A DNA stretch of 63,825 nucleotides, filler included, from an uncultured bacterium (GCA_964543115.1; 3 parts of 3 records of this genome joined end to end with filler, not necessarily neighbours in it), one strand, 5' to 3'; positions 36,414 through 47,170 are shown, counted from the whole stretch's first letter. Made by a program: numbers and translations. Notes: generated by a model not told the origin, from the letters alone.

Positions 36414-38678
36414 GTGTTTATGAAGAAGAAGGCGAAAATATTTATTGTCTGGGTTCCTTTATGTCTGGCAGTCGTTGTATCCTTAATTTGGGCGGCAGTT
36501 AATTTCTGGTTGATTCCCAAGGTGGTTTTGCCAAAGATAATGGAGTTTGTAAAAAAAGAGATGGCGGATCCGGTCAGTCTCTCTATCGGGGATGTGTATT
36601 TCAGTCCGGTCAGTGGTTTTATGTTTAAGGATCTGGCGGTTTCCGGGCCTGTGGTATTGCGGGATGGTTATATATTCAAGGCGAAGACGGTGGATATTGA
36701 TATTGCCCTGCTGCCGCTTCTGCGGAAACGCATCGAGGTGCTCAGGTTTGAAATGCTGGATGTGGATCTGAATGTCGGCCGTGATGCCGAAGGTAACTGG
36801 AATTTCCACCCTTTGCTGGAGCTGGAAGTTGTGCGGGAGTTAATAGAGACAGAAGGGCAATTTGATTTTTATTTGCATGAAATAACAATCGAAAGATGCT
36901 TTATTGATTATATTGACCTTTGTGAGAAAGATAATACATTAGAGAGACGATATCGAAATGTGGAAATAGCGGTGACCAGTCCGCGAAAAGGATTGTTCAG
37001 GCTGGAACTTTCCGGGGGAGCGAAGGACAGGAAAAGCGAAGGTCTGGACCTGGTGCTGGATTATGATCAGGATGGGCACATGTGTAAGGGCAGGGTTGAG
37101 GCGCAGACTATTTATCTGGTTGAATACTGGGACTATTATCTGGATGAGATTCTTCAGCCCTGGCATTTAAAGGCGGACAAGGTCACGGCAAAATTGGATT
37201 TTGTTTATGAAAGCCGGGAACTAGACGTGCAAGGTGGTTACGCCGTTAGTAATGGAGTCTTAAGTTATGGCGATCTGAGTATACGAGGGGACGTGCGGAT
37301 TAAACAGGCATTGCGCTACCTTGAGGATCAGCCCAGGAGTAGTACAGCAAAGATGGAAGTAGATATGGATGATATAACCTCGCTTACCGGTAAATATGTT
37401 TTTCTGGAGAAGGGACAATGCCTGGCGGTTATTACGGAAACGGGAATTGATGTGTTAGAATTAACCGGGCACCTTGTTGAACAAGATGTTGATCTGAAGG
37501 GAAGATGCGATTTTAGCGAGCCCAAACAACTGAAACTTTATGGTGATATCGGCCATATACATAATGAGATTAAGTTAATTATGTTGTCGGAAAATGAGGC
37601 GAAGCTGGAATGGGAGGCCGGACACGGGGGCTCATACATAAAGATTTCCGCCGATATGCCGGATGTGCAAAATTTGAATTTTACGGCGCAGCTGGAGGCC
37701 AGCGGAAACATGAAGGATGTATGCGATTATTATAAGCTGAAGAAAGATGCCTTGCGGGGAATTGTTACCGTAGGAGGAAACATTGAGGGGGAGGTTGATA
37801 AGAAATCGTCTATTAAGGGAGAGGTGGACGTCAATGTAATGGAATTTAGCGCCCTGAAGCTGAAACCGGCATCTTTTAAGGCTGTACTAAAAGTAGAAGA
37901 CGGTTTGTTCACCGGCAATATTCCAAAAATTGAGTTCTATCAGGGCTATTTATCCGGTCAGGCGATGCTGAATTTTGATAAATGGGGGATGGAACTGCGG
38001 GTAGACGATATGGATTTTGCCGACCTGGTAAGCAGCCGGGAGGATATAGAAGATATTAGCGGTATTTTTACGGGCAATGTTGTCTGTGTGGGTGAGTGGG
38101 GTGATTCCGCTACGGCAATAGGTGGAGGTTATTTCAAGTTTTCAAATTGTAATATCTGGAACATACCGGTATTGCATGATATAGAAGAAGGGATTGAGGA
38201 AGCAATGAAAAATCCGGTGGATAATTTACCCACCATCAAGCTGCTGGAAGGTAATTTTGAGGTTAAGGACAGGACCATAAGCATAAATGATGTACTCTGC
38301 CAGGCCCAACCCGCGCAGATACAGATCAGGGGAAAGATAACTTTTGATAAAGATGTGGAAATGACCGCGGCTATCTCGTTTTCAGAAGGTTTTGTTTTTC
38401 GCACAGCCAGGCAGATATTGGTGCCGCCCACTATCGCGCTGGATCTCTTGGCCAACAGCTTTAAGGTTGATCTTTTCGGTAAACTGCCTGACCTGGAGCA
38501 CAAAGTTGGCATGGAACCGGCGGGCTGGTTCAAGGCCTTTTTGCCGGCGACGGGCAGTACGGCGGAAGATAAATACGGGTTAGAGGAAATATGGGAAAAA
38601 GGCCTGGCGGGGATCGAGGAGAAAAAAGTGGAAAAACAAAAGAAGCGCGAAAAACGCACCAAACACCGCAAGCGCTAA
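36414..38678 (+). CDS. AsmA/DUF748-like envelope protein
   Basis: N-terminal TM anchor, RDAEGNWNF motif, long beta-rich body, AsmA-like C-terminus. Confidence 0.65.
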   Translation: MFMKKKAKIFIVWVPLCLAVVVSLIWAAVNFWLIPKVVLPKIMEFVKKEMADPVSLSIGDVYFSPVSGFMFKDLAVSGPVVLRDGYIFKAKTVDIDIALLPLLRKRIEVLRFEMLDVDLNVGRDAEGNWNFHPLLELEVVRELIETEGQFDFYLHEITIERCFIDYIDLCEKDNTLERRYRNVEIAVTSPRKGLFRLELSGGAKDRKSEGLDLVLDYDQDGHMCKGRVEAQTIYLVEYWDYYLDEILQPWHLKADKVTAKLDFVYESRELDVQGGYAVSNGVLSYGDLSIRGDVRIKQALRYLEDQPRSSTAKMEVDMDDITSLTGKYVFLEKGQCLAVITETGIDVLELTGHLVEQDVDLKGRCDFSEPKQLKLYGDIGHIHNEIKLIMLSENEAKLEWEAGHGGSYIKISADMPDVQNLNFTAQLEASGNMKDVCDYYKLKKDALRGIVTVGGNIEGEVDKKSSIKGEVDVNVMEFSALKLKPASFKAVLKVEDGLFTGNIPKIEFYQGYLSGQAMLNFDKWGMELRVDDMDFADLVSSREDIEDISGIFTGNVVCVGEWGDSATAIGGGYFKFSNCNIWNIPVLHDIEEGIEEAMKNPVDNLPTIKLLEGNFEVKDRTISINDVLCQAQPAQIQIRGKITFDKDVEMTAAISFSEGFVFRTARQILVPPTIALDLLANSFKVDLFGKLPDLEHKVGMEPAGWFKAFLPATGSTAEDKYGLEEIWEKGLAGIEEKKVEKQKKREKRTKHRKR

Positions 38679-38709
38679 TTTTTTGTGCAAGCAATGGTGG
38701 TCATCTTCT

Positions 38710-38774
38710 TTAACGCAGAGAGCGCAGAGGACGCAGAGAAAAGAATATTTATTATAATAAAAACTCTGCGTTAA
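38710..38774. repeat. Palindromic REP-like element (CGCAGAG type)
   Basis: AACGCAGAGAGCGCAGAGGACGCAGAG ... CTCTGCGTT between convergent genes. Confidence 0.75.
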
Positions 38775-38794
38775 AATAAAATTGTTCGGAATCT

Positions 38795-39874
38795 TCATTT
38801 TCCCTTACTCTTGTTACTTTCTAGAATTTCTTCTACGCTTTGCCACCATTCTTTTTCTCCATGCACGCTGCCGCGGTAGTGCCAGTATTCAACTCCCCAA
38901 AGCAGGATCGTGTCAATTCCCAGTGAGGCGATTTGCCCGACGTTCTTTTTGATCTTTTCCGGGGAAGAGGTTAACGGTTTCCCTTTATCTGTATGTACCA
39001 GTTTCCCCGGGTCCCAGGGTTCCGCCTGCAGTTCTGTTACGATAATTTCCTTTCCGGCGCCATTCGCCATTCTTACTATCCTTGCTAAATATGTGTTCAA
39101 TTCTTTATCCGTGGTGCGGTGGCAGATATTCGCGCCCAGCATTTTACTGCCCACAGCAAAGTAGATGTTAATACCCAGAATATCTCCGGCGGCCAGGGCG
39201 TCTTTTATCGGGTCCCCGTAGGTGGAGAGGGCGGCGAAAAAACCCAGGAACTTATTGGGGTAGGTGGCGGTGTTTACCATTACGGGGCGGCTTGAACTAT
39301 CCAGCTTTTTAACCAACGCTATTTCCGTGTTCAGGAATTGTTTACCGATCCACCATCTTTGCGGGCCGGTATGGTTGAAGGGTTCGTTTTCTACCTGCCA
39401 GTAATGTATTATTTTATTGTTTTGGTAACGCTTTATGACTTGTGTTATGAATGCCAGCGTCTTTTCCCTGAGCAATTGACTTTTGGAGACCTCCGAACTG
39501 TAGTGAAAATTTGTTTTTGCCAGCAGCCATTGCGGGATAAAGTACTCGGGCCAGCGCGGCGCTTTCATGCCCACTGTCAGGATAATGGGGGTATTCTTTT
39601 TTTCGGCCTGTTCTATCTGCCAGTCAAGATCAGAAAAGTCATATTCTCCCTCTATCTTTTCAATATTGTTCCAGTAGGCGCCGAGGCGCAGGAGGTCAAA
39701 TCCGCAGTCCAGTACCAGCAGATATTCTTTTTGCCAGTCCATATCCAGGTAAGTGGTTTGCACCTTGCTGAAGGTCGTGCCGATTCTTACTTTTGTGTTG
39801 TTTTCAGTTGCGCGGGCAGTTTCTGCCGGGCAGAGAGTAAGTAAAAAAATGGCCATGTATAGGTAGTGTCTCAT
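38795..39874 (-). CDS. Secreted clan GH-A glycoside hydrolase (GH5/GH42-like)
   Basis: Signal peptide; RLGAYW, GMKAPRWPE, QVENEP (acid/base), ELQAEPW (nucleophile), LWGVEYW. Confidence 0.75.
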   Translation of the reverse strand: MRHYLYMAIFLLTLCPAETARATENNTKVRIGTTFSKVQTTYLDMDWQKEYLLVLDCGFDLLRLGAYWNNIEKIEGEYDFSDLDWQIEQAEKKNTPIILTVGMKAPRWPEYFIPQWLLAKTNFHYSSEVSKSQLLREKTLAFITQVIKRYQNNKIIHYWQVENEPFNHTGPQRWWIGKQFLNTEIALVKKLDSSSRPVMVNTATYPNKFLGFFAALSTYGDPIKDALAAGDILGINIYFAVGSKMLGANICHRTTDKELNTYLARIVRMANGAGKEIIVTELQAEPWDPGKLVHTDKGKPLTSSPEKIKKNVGQIASLGIDTILLWGVEYWHYRGSVHGEKEWWQSVEEILESNKSKGK

Positions 39875-39993
39875 TGGTTTATTATATATTATCGTGTACG
39901 CAAACAAAAGCCATTTTTCTGCTTGCTGGAGAAGAAGTTAACTGATATAATCTAATCAATATAGCTGGTATTTTATACAAAAAGGGGAAAGGT

Positions 39994-41781
39994 ATGAAAC
40001 TTAAAATTGTTGCTTTAAGTTTTTTTCTTTTGTTTTTGACTTTGTCCGGAGTTTCAGCGGAAGAGCAGTCAAGTGCGGCCGCTTTTGTTCCCCAGGATTC
40101 TGAAGAAATGCTCGAATCCTTCGTGGTTTATCCCGCCGAGACCAAAAGTCCGCGAGCCACGCTGGAAAGTTTCCTTTTTCTGACGCAGAGTTATTATGAT
40201 CTTATCCGCGAAGATGGTTTTACTTCAGAGAACATCGAAGAACTTGAAAATATTGAATTGCAGATTATGAAGTTATTCGACCTGCGTGAAGTCCCGCCGC
40301 GTTTTCAGGAGACTACCAGTATGGAGGCGGCGGTTTATTTGCGGGAGGCGCTGGAGCGTGTGCCCTTGCCGCCTATCGAAACCGTGCCGGATGAAAGAGG
40401 AATGGCCGAAATGATTGAAAAGGGGATAGCGCCGTTCTATCGTATTCCGGGCACACTGATTGAAATAGAACGCATAAGTGACGGTTCTTATGCGGGGCAT
40501 TATCAATTTACTGATGACACTTTGGACAATGCGGAGTTGATCTATGACCAGTCAGAAGAATACCCTCCGCGGCGGGTTGAGATGGAAGGTTTCTATGAGG
40601 CCTATTTCTTAACGCCGGGGCCGCTTATTCCGCTCCAGTGGATCCGTTCTCTGCCTAATTGGATGACCACTGAATACGCTGAGCAGACTCTCTGGCAGTG
40701 GATAGCCCTGGGTATATGCATTATCGGGCTGTTTTTTATTATTATAATCTTAAGCTGGTTTATTAAACATCTTTCCCGCTGCAGAAATCCTCTGCAGTGC
40801 AGTTTATTGCAACTCATCAGGCCGATCGTTGTGATAATCTTGACCCTGATGCTGATCGAATTTCTTGATGAGCAGGTGTTTCTTACCGGTGTTGTCCTGC
40901 AGGTGGTTACCTTTATTGCCCACCTGACCATTCTTTATTGCAGTATTGTCCTGATTTTAGTGGCCAGCCGGATTGTCGCGGAACTGATTCTGATTTCCGA
41001 TCGTTTTAAGCGGAGTAATCTCAATCAATACCTTATTCGCGTTGGTGTACGCCTTTTAGGCATCGGCGCGGCAATAGTGATCCTTATTCAGGGACTGCAC
41101 CGGTTGGGTTTTTCACTGGCCACTTTGCTGGCCGGCGCCAGCGTTACCGGTCTGGCCGTGGCCCTGGCCGCGCAGGATACGCTGAAGAATATTTTCGGCA
41201 GCATTATGCTGCTTTTGGATAAACCGTTTGTTGTCGGTCAGCGCATTCAGGCCAAGGGGCATGATGGTTTTGTGGAAGAGATCGGCCTGCGCTCAACCAG
41301 GATCCGGACGGCGCGCGGGCATGTTATTTCTATCCCCAATGAGGATCTGGCCAAGACGGATATTAAGACTATCGGCCATCCCGGGTATCTCAGGCGGAAG
41401 TTTAGTGTTACGATCACCTATGATACACCTTTGGAGAAGATCAAGCGGGCGGTAGAAATAATTAAGGATATTCTCGCGCTGCCTGAAGAACAGGCGGAAA
41501 AAGGTGAAAAGCAGGCGGAACCGCACCCGAATGCCCCGATTAATACACCGGGACTGCCGCCCAGGGTTTATTTTAATGATTTAAATGCCGATTCCCTGAA
41601 TATTGTTGTTTATTACTGGTATCAATCTTCGCTTTATTGGGATTTTGTTGCTCATTCGGAATGGGTGAATATGCGGATAATGGAACGGTTTAATGCCGAG
41701 GGTATTGATTTTGCCTTTCCCACTCAAACTGTCTATCTGGCCGGAGATGAAAAGCGGCCGTTGGGACCCGGCAAAGTTTAA
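39994..41781 (+). CDS. MscS-family mechanosensitive channel with N-terminal periplasmic domain
   Basis: Signal peptide, SPRATLESF, LAVALAAQDTLKNIFG, GFVEEIGLRSTRIRT, FAFPTQT. Confidence 0.92.
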   Translation: MKLKIVALSFFLLFLTLSGVSAEEQSSAAAFVPQDSEEMLESFVVYPAETKSPRATLESFLFLTQSYYDLIREDGFTSENIEELENIELQIMKLFDLREVPPRFQETTSMEAAVYLREALERVPLPPIETVPDERGMAEMIEKGIAPFYRIPGTLIEIERISDGSYAGHYQFTDDTLDNAELIYDQSEEYPPRRVEMEGFYEAYFLTPGPLIPLQWIRSLPNWMTTEYAEQTLWQWIALGICIIGLFFIIIILSWFIKHLSRCRNPLQCSLLQLIRPIVVIILTLMLIEFLDEQVFLTGVVLQVVTFIAHLTILYCSIVLILVASRIVAELILISDRFKRSNLNQYLIRVGVRLLGIGAAIVILIQGLHRLGFSLATLLAGASVTGLAVALAAQDTLKNIFGSIMLLLDKPFVVGQRIQAKGHDGFVEEIGLRSTRIRTARGHVISIPNEDLAKTDIKTIGHPGYLRRKFSVTITYDTPLEKIKRAVEIIKDILALPEEQAEKGEKQAEPHPNAPINTPGLPPRVYFNDLNADSLNIVVYYWYQSSLYWDFVAHSEWVNMRIMERFNAEGIDFAFPTQTVYLAGDEKRPLGPGKV

Positions 41782-41832
41782 TGGCTACGGCACAAGAGGG
41801 TCGTTTTATGCCTCTTTAAGGAGAGGGCAACG

Positions 41833-43257
41833 ATGGGTTTGCTGCGAAAATTCTTTTTTTACTTTTTTATTTTTATTTATCTTATTATCTGTCCTATTGC
41901 TATCCTTTATTCCTTCGGCTATGTATTTAATCCGCTGAAAGACGAGTTTGTGCAAACAGGGTTGATCGCGTTATCAAGTGTTCCCGGCGGCGCGAATATA
42001 TACCTTGATAACAGCAGATACACCCAAAATACCCCTGCGCTTATTCGAGAGCTGCTCCCCGGCAGTTATCCTGTTACGGTTCTAAAAAAAGAGCATCGGC
42101 CCTGGAAATATTCGGTGCGGGTGGAAGCGGGTGAGGCGGCGGTTTTCGATAAAATTGTTCTTCTGCCTGTCAATTTTGTTCCCGAAAGAATGAGCAGGGG
42201 GAAATATGAAAGGCTGCGGCCTTTTGAAAATGTCGATCAATTTTTGGTTCTTTCCGGTGACACTCTGGCAGGAGTGTACGTGTGTGATATTAGCCAGGGT
42301 GAGGATGTAAATGTTTTTACAGATCCTGTAGAGCTAAACGCGAAGTTACTGGAAGTATTCACCGTAAAAGGAGCGGCAAATTTTATTGCCTTAGCCGGGT
42401 CTCCGGCGGCCAGTAAGTATTTTTACGTGAATGCGGGGAGCGAAAATGATCAAGTTAAGGACATTACGGATCTTGTCAGGGAGAAACCAGCTTACATTTT
42501 TTGGGATAAGGACAATCCCTTACAGGTTTTTGCCGTGAAGGGGGATGACCTTGATAGATTAGATATTAGTGCCGGCAGTGTTTATCCGAATTATATTACC
42601 GGTATAAAAGGGGCCGGGGCGGCTAATGGGTTGATATATGTAATTAAAAAAGATAATAGCTTATTGAGTTATAAATCTAATGACAATATTAATGGTAATG
42701 TATTAATTGATGGCAGTAAGCCTGGAAGTGTTGATTTTGCCGCAGAGTCTTACCGGGTGTATCTTTTTTCTGATAATCAAATATTTTTTCTGGCTGATAA
42801 TGGGGGGTTGCTTTCCGGCAGTAAACCTCATCTCCTGGCAGAGTCCGGTATCATCGGTATGGAATATGCCCCGCAGAGGCAGCATCTTTTGTTCTGGAGT
42901 AAAAATGCGATTTATGTTCTTGACCTAAATGCTGGGACTGATGAAATTCCCCTAAAGCAGACGGTCTACACACAGGGTAAAGATGTCCGGCAGTGTTTTT
43001 GGGCTTATGACGGTTCTCATATATTGTTTAAGGATGCCGATAATATATATTTTCTGGAAATGCGGGCAGGTAGCGGGGTCAAGATAAAGCGTATATTTTC
43101 AGCGGATTCCGCTGTTTACTATTCAAAAAATACCGGGGACCTTTTTTATATTGATTTGCCCGGCGGAAATCTCAGTAGAATAAATATCATTGCCAAAGAT
43201 AAAGTTATTGATCAGCCGTTTAAGGACTTGTTAAAAGAGAAAGATAAACCTAACTGA
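41833..43257 (+). CDS. PEGA-domain membrane-anchored beta-propeller protein
   Basis: N-terminal TM, SVPGGANIYLD..TPALI.EL.PGSY PEGA pattern, propeller-like C-terminus. Confidence 0.75.
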   Translation: MGLLRKFFFYFFIFIYLIICPIAILYSFGYVFNPLKDEFVQTGLIALSSVPGGANIYLDNSRYTQNTPALIRELLPGSYPVTVLKKEHRPWKYSVRVEAGEAAVFDKIVLLPVNFVPERMSRGKYERLRPFENVDQFLVLSGDTLAGVYVCDISQGEDVNVFTDPVELNAKLLEVFTVKGAANFIALAGSPAASKYFYVNAGSENDQVKDITDLVREKPAYIFWDKDNPLQVFAVKGDDLDRLDISAGSVYPNYITGIKGAGAANGLIYVIKKDNSLLSYKSNDNINGNVLIDGSKPGSVDFAAESYRVYLFSDNQIFFLADNGGLLSGSKPHLLAESGIIGMEYAPQRQHLLFWSKNAIYVLDLNAGTDEIPLKQTVYTQGKDVRQCFWAYDGSHILFKDADNIYFLEMRAGSGVKIKRIFSADSAVYYSKNTGDLFYIDLPGGNLSRINIIAKDKVIDQPFKDLLKEKDKPN

Positions 43258-43266
43258 TGAGGGATT

Positions 43267-44901
43267 ATGGAATATGATTATTCGCGCCGCAACCTGACAA
43301 CCGGAGAAAGAATACTTGAACGTATTTTTGAGATAATGCCTGGTTTCACCAGCTGGGTGATACTTATCGGCATGATCGTGCTTTCGGTGACCAAACCGCT
43401 TGTGGCCACCGCGATAATGATCGCGTTTTTGATCTACTGGGTGTTCCGGCTGGTTTATATGAATATATTCCTTGTCATATCTTATCTGTACCTTTCCGCG
43501 GAGAAAAATGTTAACTGGCTGGACCGCCTGCGGGACTTGGACCGGATGAAAGGCAAACCGGACCTGGGCCGCTTAAAAAATGAGGGCAGGGGGTTTAAGA
43601 AAAGGATTTCCTTTAATTTGTTCAAGAGCAATCTTAAGAAACTGATCCGGGCGGGCGGCAGCCTCCCTAGTTCGGAAGATATTTACCACCTGATCCTCGT
43701 GCCGGCGGTGACGGAAACGGAAGATGTGATCGAATCCGGTGTTTTAAGCTATCTCGAGGATGAATTTCCCGCTGAGAGGAAATTGATGGTTATTGCCCTG
43801 GAAGAAAGGGCGGAAAAGGCTGTTAAGAAGGGTATTCTGAATGTGCAGAAAAAATATAAAGATAAGTTTATGGATTTTCTGGTAATAATGCATCCGACAG
43901 AATTGCCGGGGGAGGCCAGGGTAAAAGGCGCCAACGCCACTTACGCCGCCAGGCAGGCCGCGGAATATTTCACTAAAAAGAATATTTCTTATGAAAACGT
44001 GATTGTTTCCTGTTTTGACGCCGATACAATAGTAAATCCGCATTATTTTAGCGCGCTTACCTTTTATTATCTGGTTGCCCCGGAGCGTACCCGGGCCAGT
44101 TTCCAGCCCATCCCGGTTTTTCATAATAATATCTGGAAGACAAGCAGTTTTGCCAGAATCCTGGATGTGGGAACTTCTTTCTTCCAGTTGATTGAGGCTA
44201 CGGATTCGGATAAATTAATTACTTTTTCCAGCCACAGCATGAGTTTCAAGGCCCTGGTGGATGTGGGTTATTGGACGGTAGAGATGATTGCCGAAGATTC
44301 CGGTATTTTCTGGAAATCATTTATCCGCTTTGACGGCAACTACCGGGTGGTGCCGATCTACGTTACCCTTTCCATGGATATTCCCGAAGGGCGTAATTTT
44401 ATGCAGACAAGCGGGCGGGTCTATAAACAGAAACGCCGCTGGGCCTGGGGTGTGGAGAATTTCCCGGTGGTGATGAGGGCCTTTCTGCGTTGCCGCACTA
44501 TCTCTCTTTATAACAAGATAAGATACGGCTATAAATTATTTGAGCGGGCGGTTTCTTGGGCCACCTGGCCGTTTCTGCTGACGTTCGTCAGCTGGCTGCC
44601 GGTGCTCTTTGCCCAGCGGGAGTTTTCCCATACGGTTATGTATTATAACTACCCCCGGATAAAAAGAATTGTTTTCGGCTTGGCCTTAACCGGCCTGCTG
44701 CTTTGTGTATTCTTGAGCCTGTTGTTAATGCCGAAAAAGGCAGGGAAGCACAGCCTGGCCAAAAGGATCAGGCATGTATTAGAATGGGTGTTTCTGCCGA
44801 TTGTCAGTATAGCATTAAGCGGTATTCCCGCCCTGGATGCCCAGACAAGGTTGATGCTGGGTAAGGATCTTGCTTTCTGGGTTACTCCGAAAGAGAGATA
44901 G
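43267..44901 (+). CDS. Processive GT2 membrane glycosyltransferase (cellulose-synthase-like motif set)
   Basis: KGAN, FDADT (DxD), AED, QKRRW (QxxRW); N- and C-terminal TMs. Confidence 0.85.
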   Translation: MEYDYSRRNLTTGERILERIFEIMPGFTSWVILIGMIVLSVTKPLVATAIMIAFLIYWVFRLVYMNIFLVISYLYLSAEKNVNWLDRLRDLDRMKGKPDLGRLKNEGRGFKKRISFNLFKSNLKKLIRAGGSLPSSEDIYHLILVPAVTETEDVIESGVLSYLEDEFPAERKLMVIALEERAEKAVKKGILNVQKKYKDKFMDFLVIMHPTELPGEARVKGANATYAARQAAEYFTKKNISYENVIVSCFDADTIVNPHYFSALTFYYLVAPERTRASFQPIPVFHNNIWKTSSFARILDVGTSFFQLIEATDSDKLITFSSHSMSFKALVDVGYWTVEMIAEDSGIFWKSFIRFDGNYRVVPIYVTLSMDIPEGRNFMQTSGRVYKQKRRWAWGVENFPVVMRAFLRCRTISLYNKIRYGYKLFERAVSWATWPFLLTFVSWLPVLFAQREFSHTVMYYNYPRIKRIVFGLALTGLLLCVFLSLLLMPKKAGKHSLAKRIRHVLEWVFLPIVSIALSGIPALDAQTRLMLGKDLAFWVTPKER

Positions 44902-44933
44902 CGGTTTTTAGCGGCACCAGGCGGAGCTTGGCA

Positions 44934-45305
44934 TCATTTGTTTGTTTTAATTTCGGCGATGCGTTCCTTGGCGTTGTCAATCCAAAATCCTTTCTTGTAT
45001 TCGTTGATCAACCCCTCGTAATAGTTGAGGGCCTTTTCTGTGTTTCCCTTTTTGCGGTAACATTCCGCCGTATAAAACTTGGCCGCGACGGTGAGTGTGC
45101 TTTGAGGGTGTTCTTGCAGAAATTGCGCATAGCCTTTCAGGGCCTGATCATATCTCCCTTCTTTGTATAGATCATCCGCCTTGTCATAAAGTTCTATGCT
45201 GTCGTATTTCGCGCTTTTACCAAAGCTGAAAGTGTAGCCGTAAGCGCAGCAGAAGAGTACTGTCAGCCAAACACAAAAAAACAAGATTGTTGATTTTTTT
45301 GCCAT
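44934..45305 (-). CDS. Small exported TPR protein (BamD/CpoB-like repeats)
   Basis: Signal-like N-terminus; TPR pairs YKEGRYDQA..Y and AKFYTAECY. Confidence 0.7.
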   Translation of the reverse strand: MAKKSTILFFCVWLTVLFCCAYGYTFSFGKSAKYDSIELYDKADDLYKEGRYDQALKGYAQFLQEHPQSTLTVAAKFYTAECYRKKGNTEKALNYYEGLINEYKKGFWIDNAKERIAEIKTNK

Positions 45306-45458
45306 CTAAATCCTCCTTTCAAATATTTATAAATTAATCCTGGACATGTATATTATTAAAATTAAAAATTTTGTCAACAGAAAATTAGAGGGGGGGGTTG
45401 TTTCCCTTTATTCATCTGGCTTTTTGTTGTATAATACGGTTTAATTGTAATTTTATTA

Positions 45459-45652
45459 GAGTTCTGCAAAATAGGTAATTTGTGCAGCATTGTCATCCCG
45501 CGGCTTGACCGCGGTATCCAGTAGTGTTTGCAATGCAATTAGTTCTGGATACCCCAAGCAGAGCTTGGGGCTGCTATAGTTGAATTTTATAGACTGCCGC
45601 GGTCAAGCCGCGGTATGACATTTGAGCTTTTTTAGTCTATTTTGCAGAAGTC
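45459..45652. mobile_element. 194-bp MITE-like element, copy 2, carrying a nested 45-nt insert
   Basis: Ends GAGTTCTGCAAAATAG / CTATTTTGCAGAAGTC; flanks TTGTAATTTTATTA and TAGTAATTTTATGA (12/14); same inner arms as copy 1. Confidence 0.85.
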
Positions 45653-45683
45653 TAGTAATTTTATGATAAAGGAGGCTTGGCGG

Positions 45684-47068
45684 ATGAGTATAATTAAAAA
45701 ATATCTAGGTAAATTTTTACTTTTATTGCTGTTCTCATGTTTTGTCAGCGGGCAGCTGAAAGCTGAAAGCGCTGCGGGACCGGCTGGATTATCTTTTAAT
45801 AAAAAAGACAGGATTCTTGTCTTGGCCCCTCATCCGGATGACGAGGTGCTGGGGACCGGGGGAGTGATACAGCAAGCCAGGGAACAGAATATCCCGGTGC
45901 GCGTAGCCTTCCTTACGTACGGTGATAATAACCAGTGGGCCTTTATGCTTTACCGCAAACGGCCGGTGATTTTCCCAACGGAAGTACGAGGAATGGGTGA
46001 GGTGCGCCGTGGTGAAGCAATAAAAGCGGATAAGGTTTTGGGGGTAAGTAAGGATAATCTGATTTTTCTGGGGTATCCGGATTACCGTACTTTGGAAATT
46101 TGGTGCAAGCATTGGGGTAAGAGCGGGCCGGCGAGAAGCATGCTGACCAGGGTAAAAAAGGTGCCTTATGCGGATGCCTATCGTCCGGGTGCTCCTTATA
46201 AGGGAGAGGATGTTGTGCGGGATCTTAAATCGGTCATTGCTGAATTTAAGCCGACAATTATTTTCATGTCACATCCAGCGGATTATAATATGGATCACCG
46301 GGCGCTTTATTTGTTTACCACTATTGCCTTATGGGATCTGGCAAAAGAGCTGCAACCGGTTCAATATCCTTATCTCGTTCATTATAAGCACTGGCCGGAA
46401 CCAAAAGGATATCATCCTGAAGATAAACTGCGTTTTCCTGAAATAATGGGGAAGGAATTATCCTGTTCTGTTTATGAGCTGACTGCGGCAGAGAAGCAGC
46501 TGAAAGATGCCGCCCTTAAAGACCACGCGACCCAGTATAGGGCCCGGCCCGATCTTTTACTTTCTTTTATTCGAGAAAATGAATTGTTCGGAGATTTTCC
46601 GGTAATAAGGCTTGCGCGGGGCGCTGAGGATAAAGTTCCTGGGGCAAAAATAGAAACTAACGATGATTCTATGCCGGAATGGGTTACACATGAAGAGCGG
46701 AAGCTTTTTTTCGGGATCCGGGAGCGGAGTTTTCGTTCTTCAAATGATACTCTGGTGCTTAGCTTGAAATTGTCCCGCCTGCTGGCTAAGGATATGAAGA
46801 TTTATGTTTATTTTTTCGGCTATCGTGACGATAAACCGTTTGCCGAGATGCCTAAAATACGGATTAAGATAGATAAAAACGGGCACCTGGTTCATGACCA
46901 GGGTGAAAGGATAGCCAAGGATACTGTGAAGATCAGCCGCAAAGGCAACAAGATAACGATCCGTGTTTCTTACAAGAATCTGGGTTCTCCGCAAAAAATA
47001 CTCACCAGCGCGAGGACCTACCTGGGTAATGCCTCCCTGGACTGGACATCCTGGCGGTTACTTGTTTG
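45684..47068 (+). CDS. Exported PIG-L family deacetylase, 3' end lost at the contig break
   Basis: LAPHPDDE, TYGD, HPADYNMDH, HATQ; signal peptide; AGGAGG RBS. Confidence 0.85.
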
Positions 47069-47168
47069 NNNNNNNNNNNNNNNNNNNNNNNNNNNNNNNN
47101 NNNNNNNNNNNNTTAATTAATTAANNNNNNNNNNNNNNNNNNNNNNNNNNNNNNNNNNNNNNNNNNNN
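47069..47168. other. Artificial contig linker
   Basis: 100-nt N run with TTAATTAATTAA at 47113-47124. Confidence 0.98.
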
Positions 47169-47170
47169 AA

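Noticed and set aside
38580..38798. 72-aa ORF containing FLCVLCALCVK
   Set aside because: Translation of the CGCAGAG repeat; overlaps the AsmA-like gene
39897..39915. Sigma-54 site upstream of the GH gene (TGGCTTTTGTTTGCG)
   Set aside because: GG-GC spacing is 9 nt, not the required 10
47069..47168. Linkage of the deacetylase with the ddl-like fragment and tatC
   Set aside because: Second artificial linker
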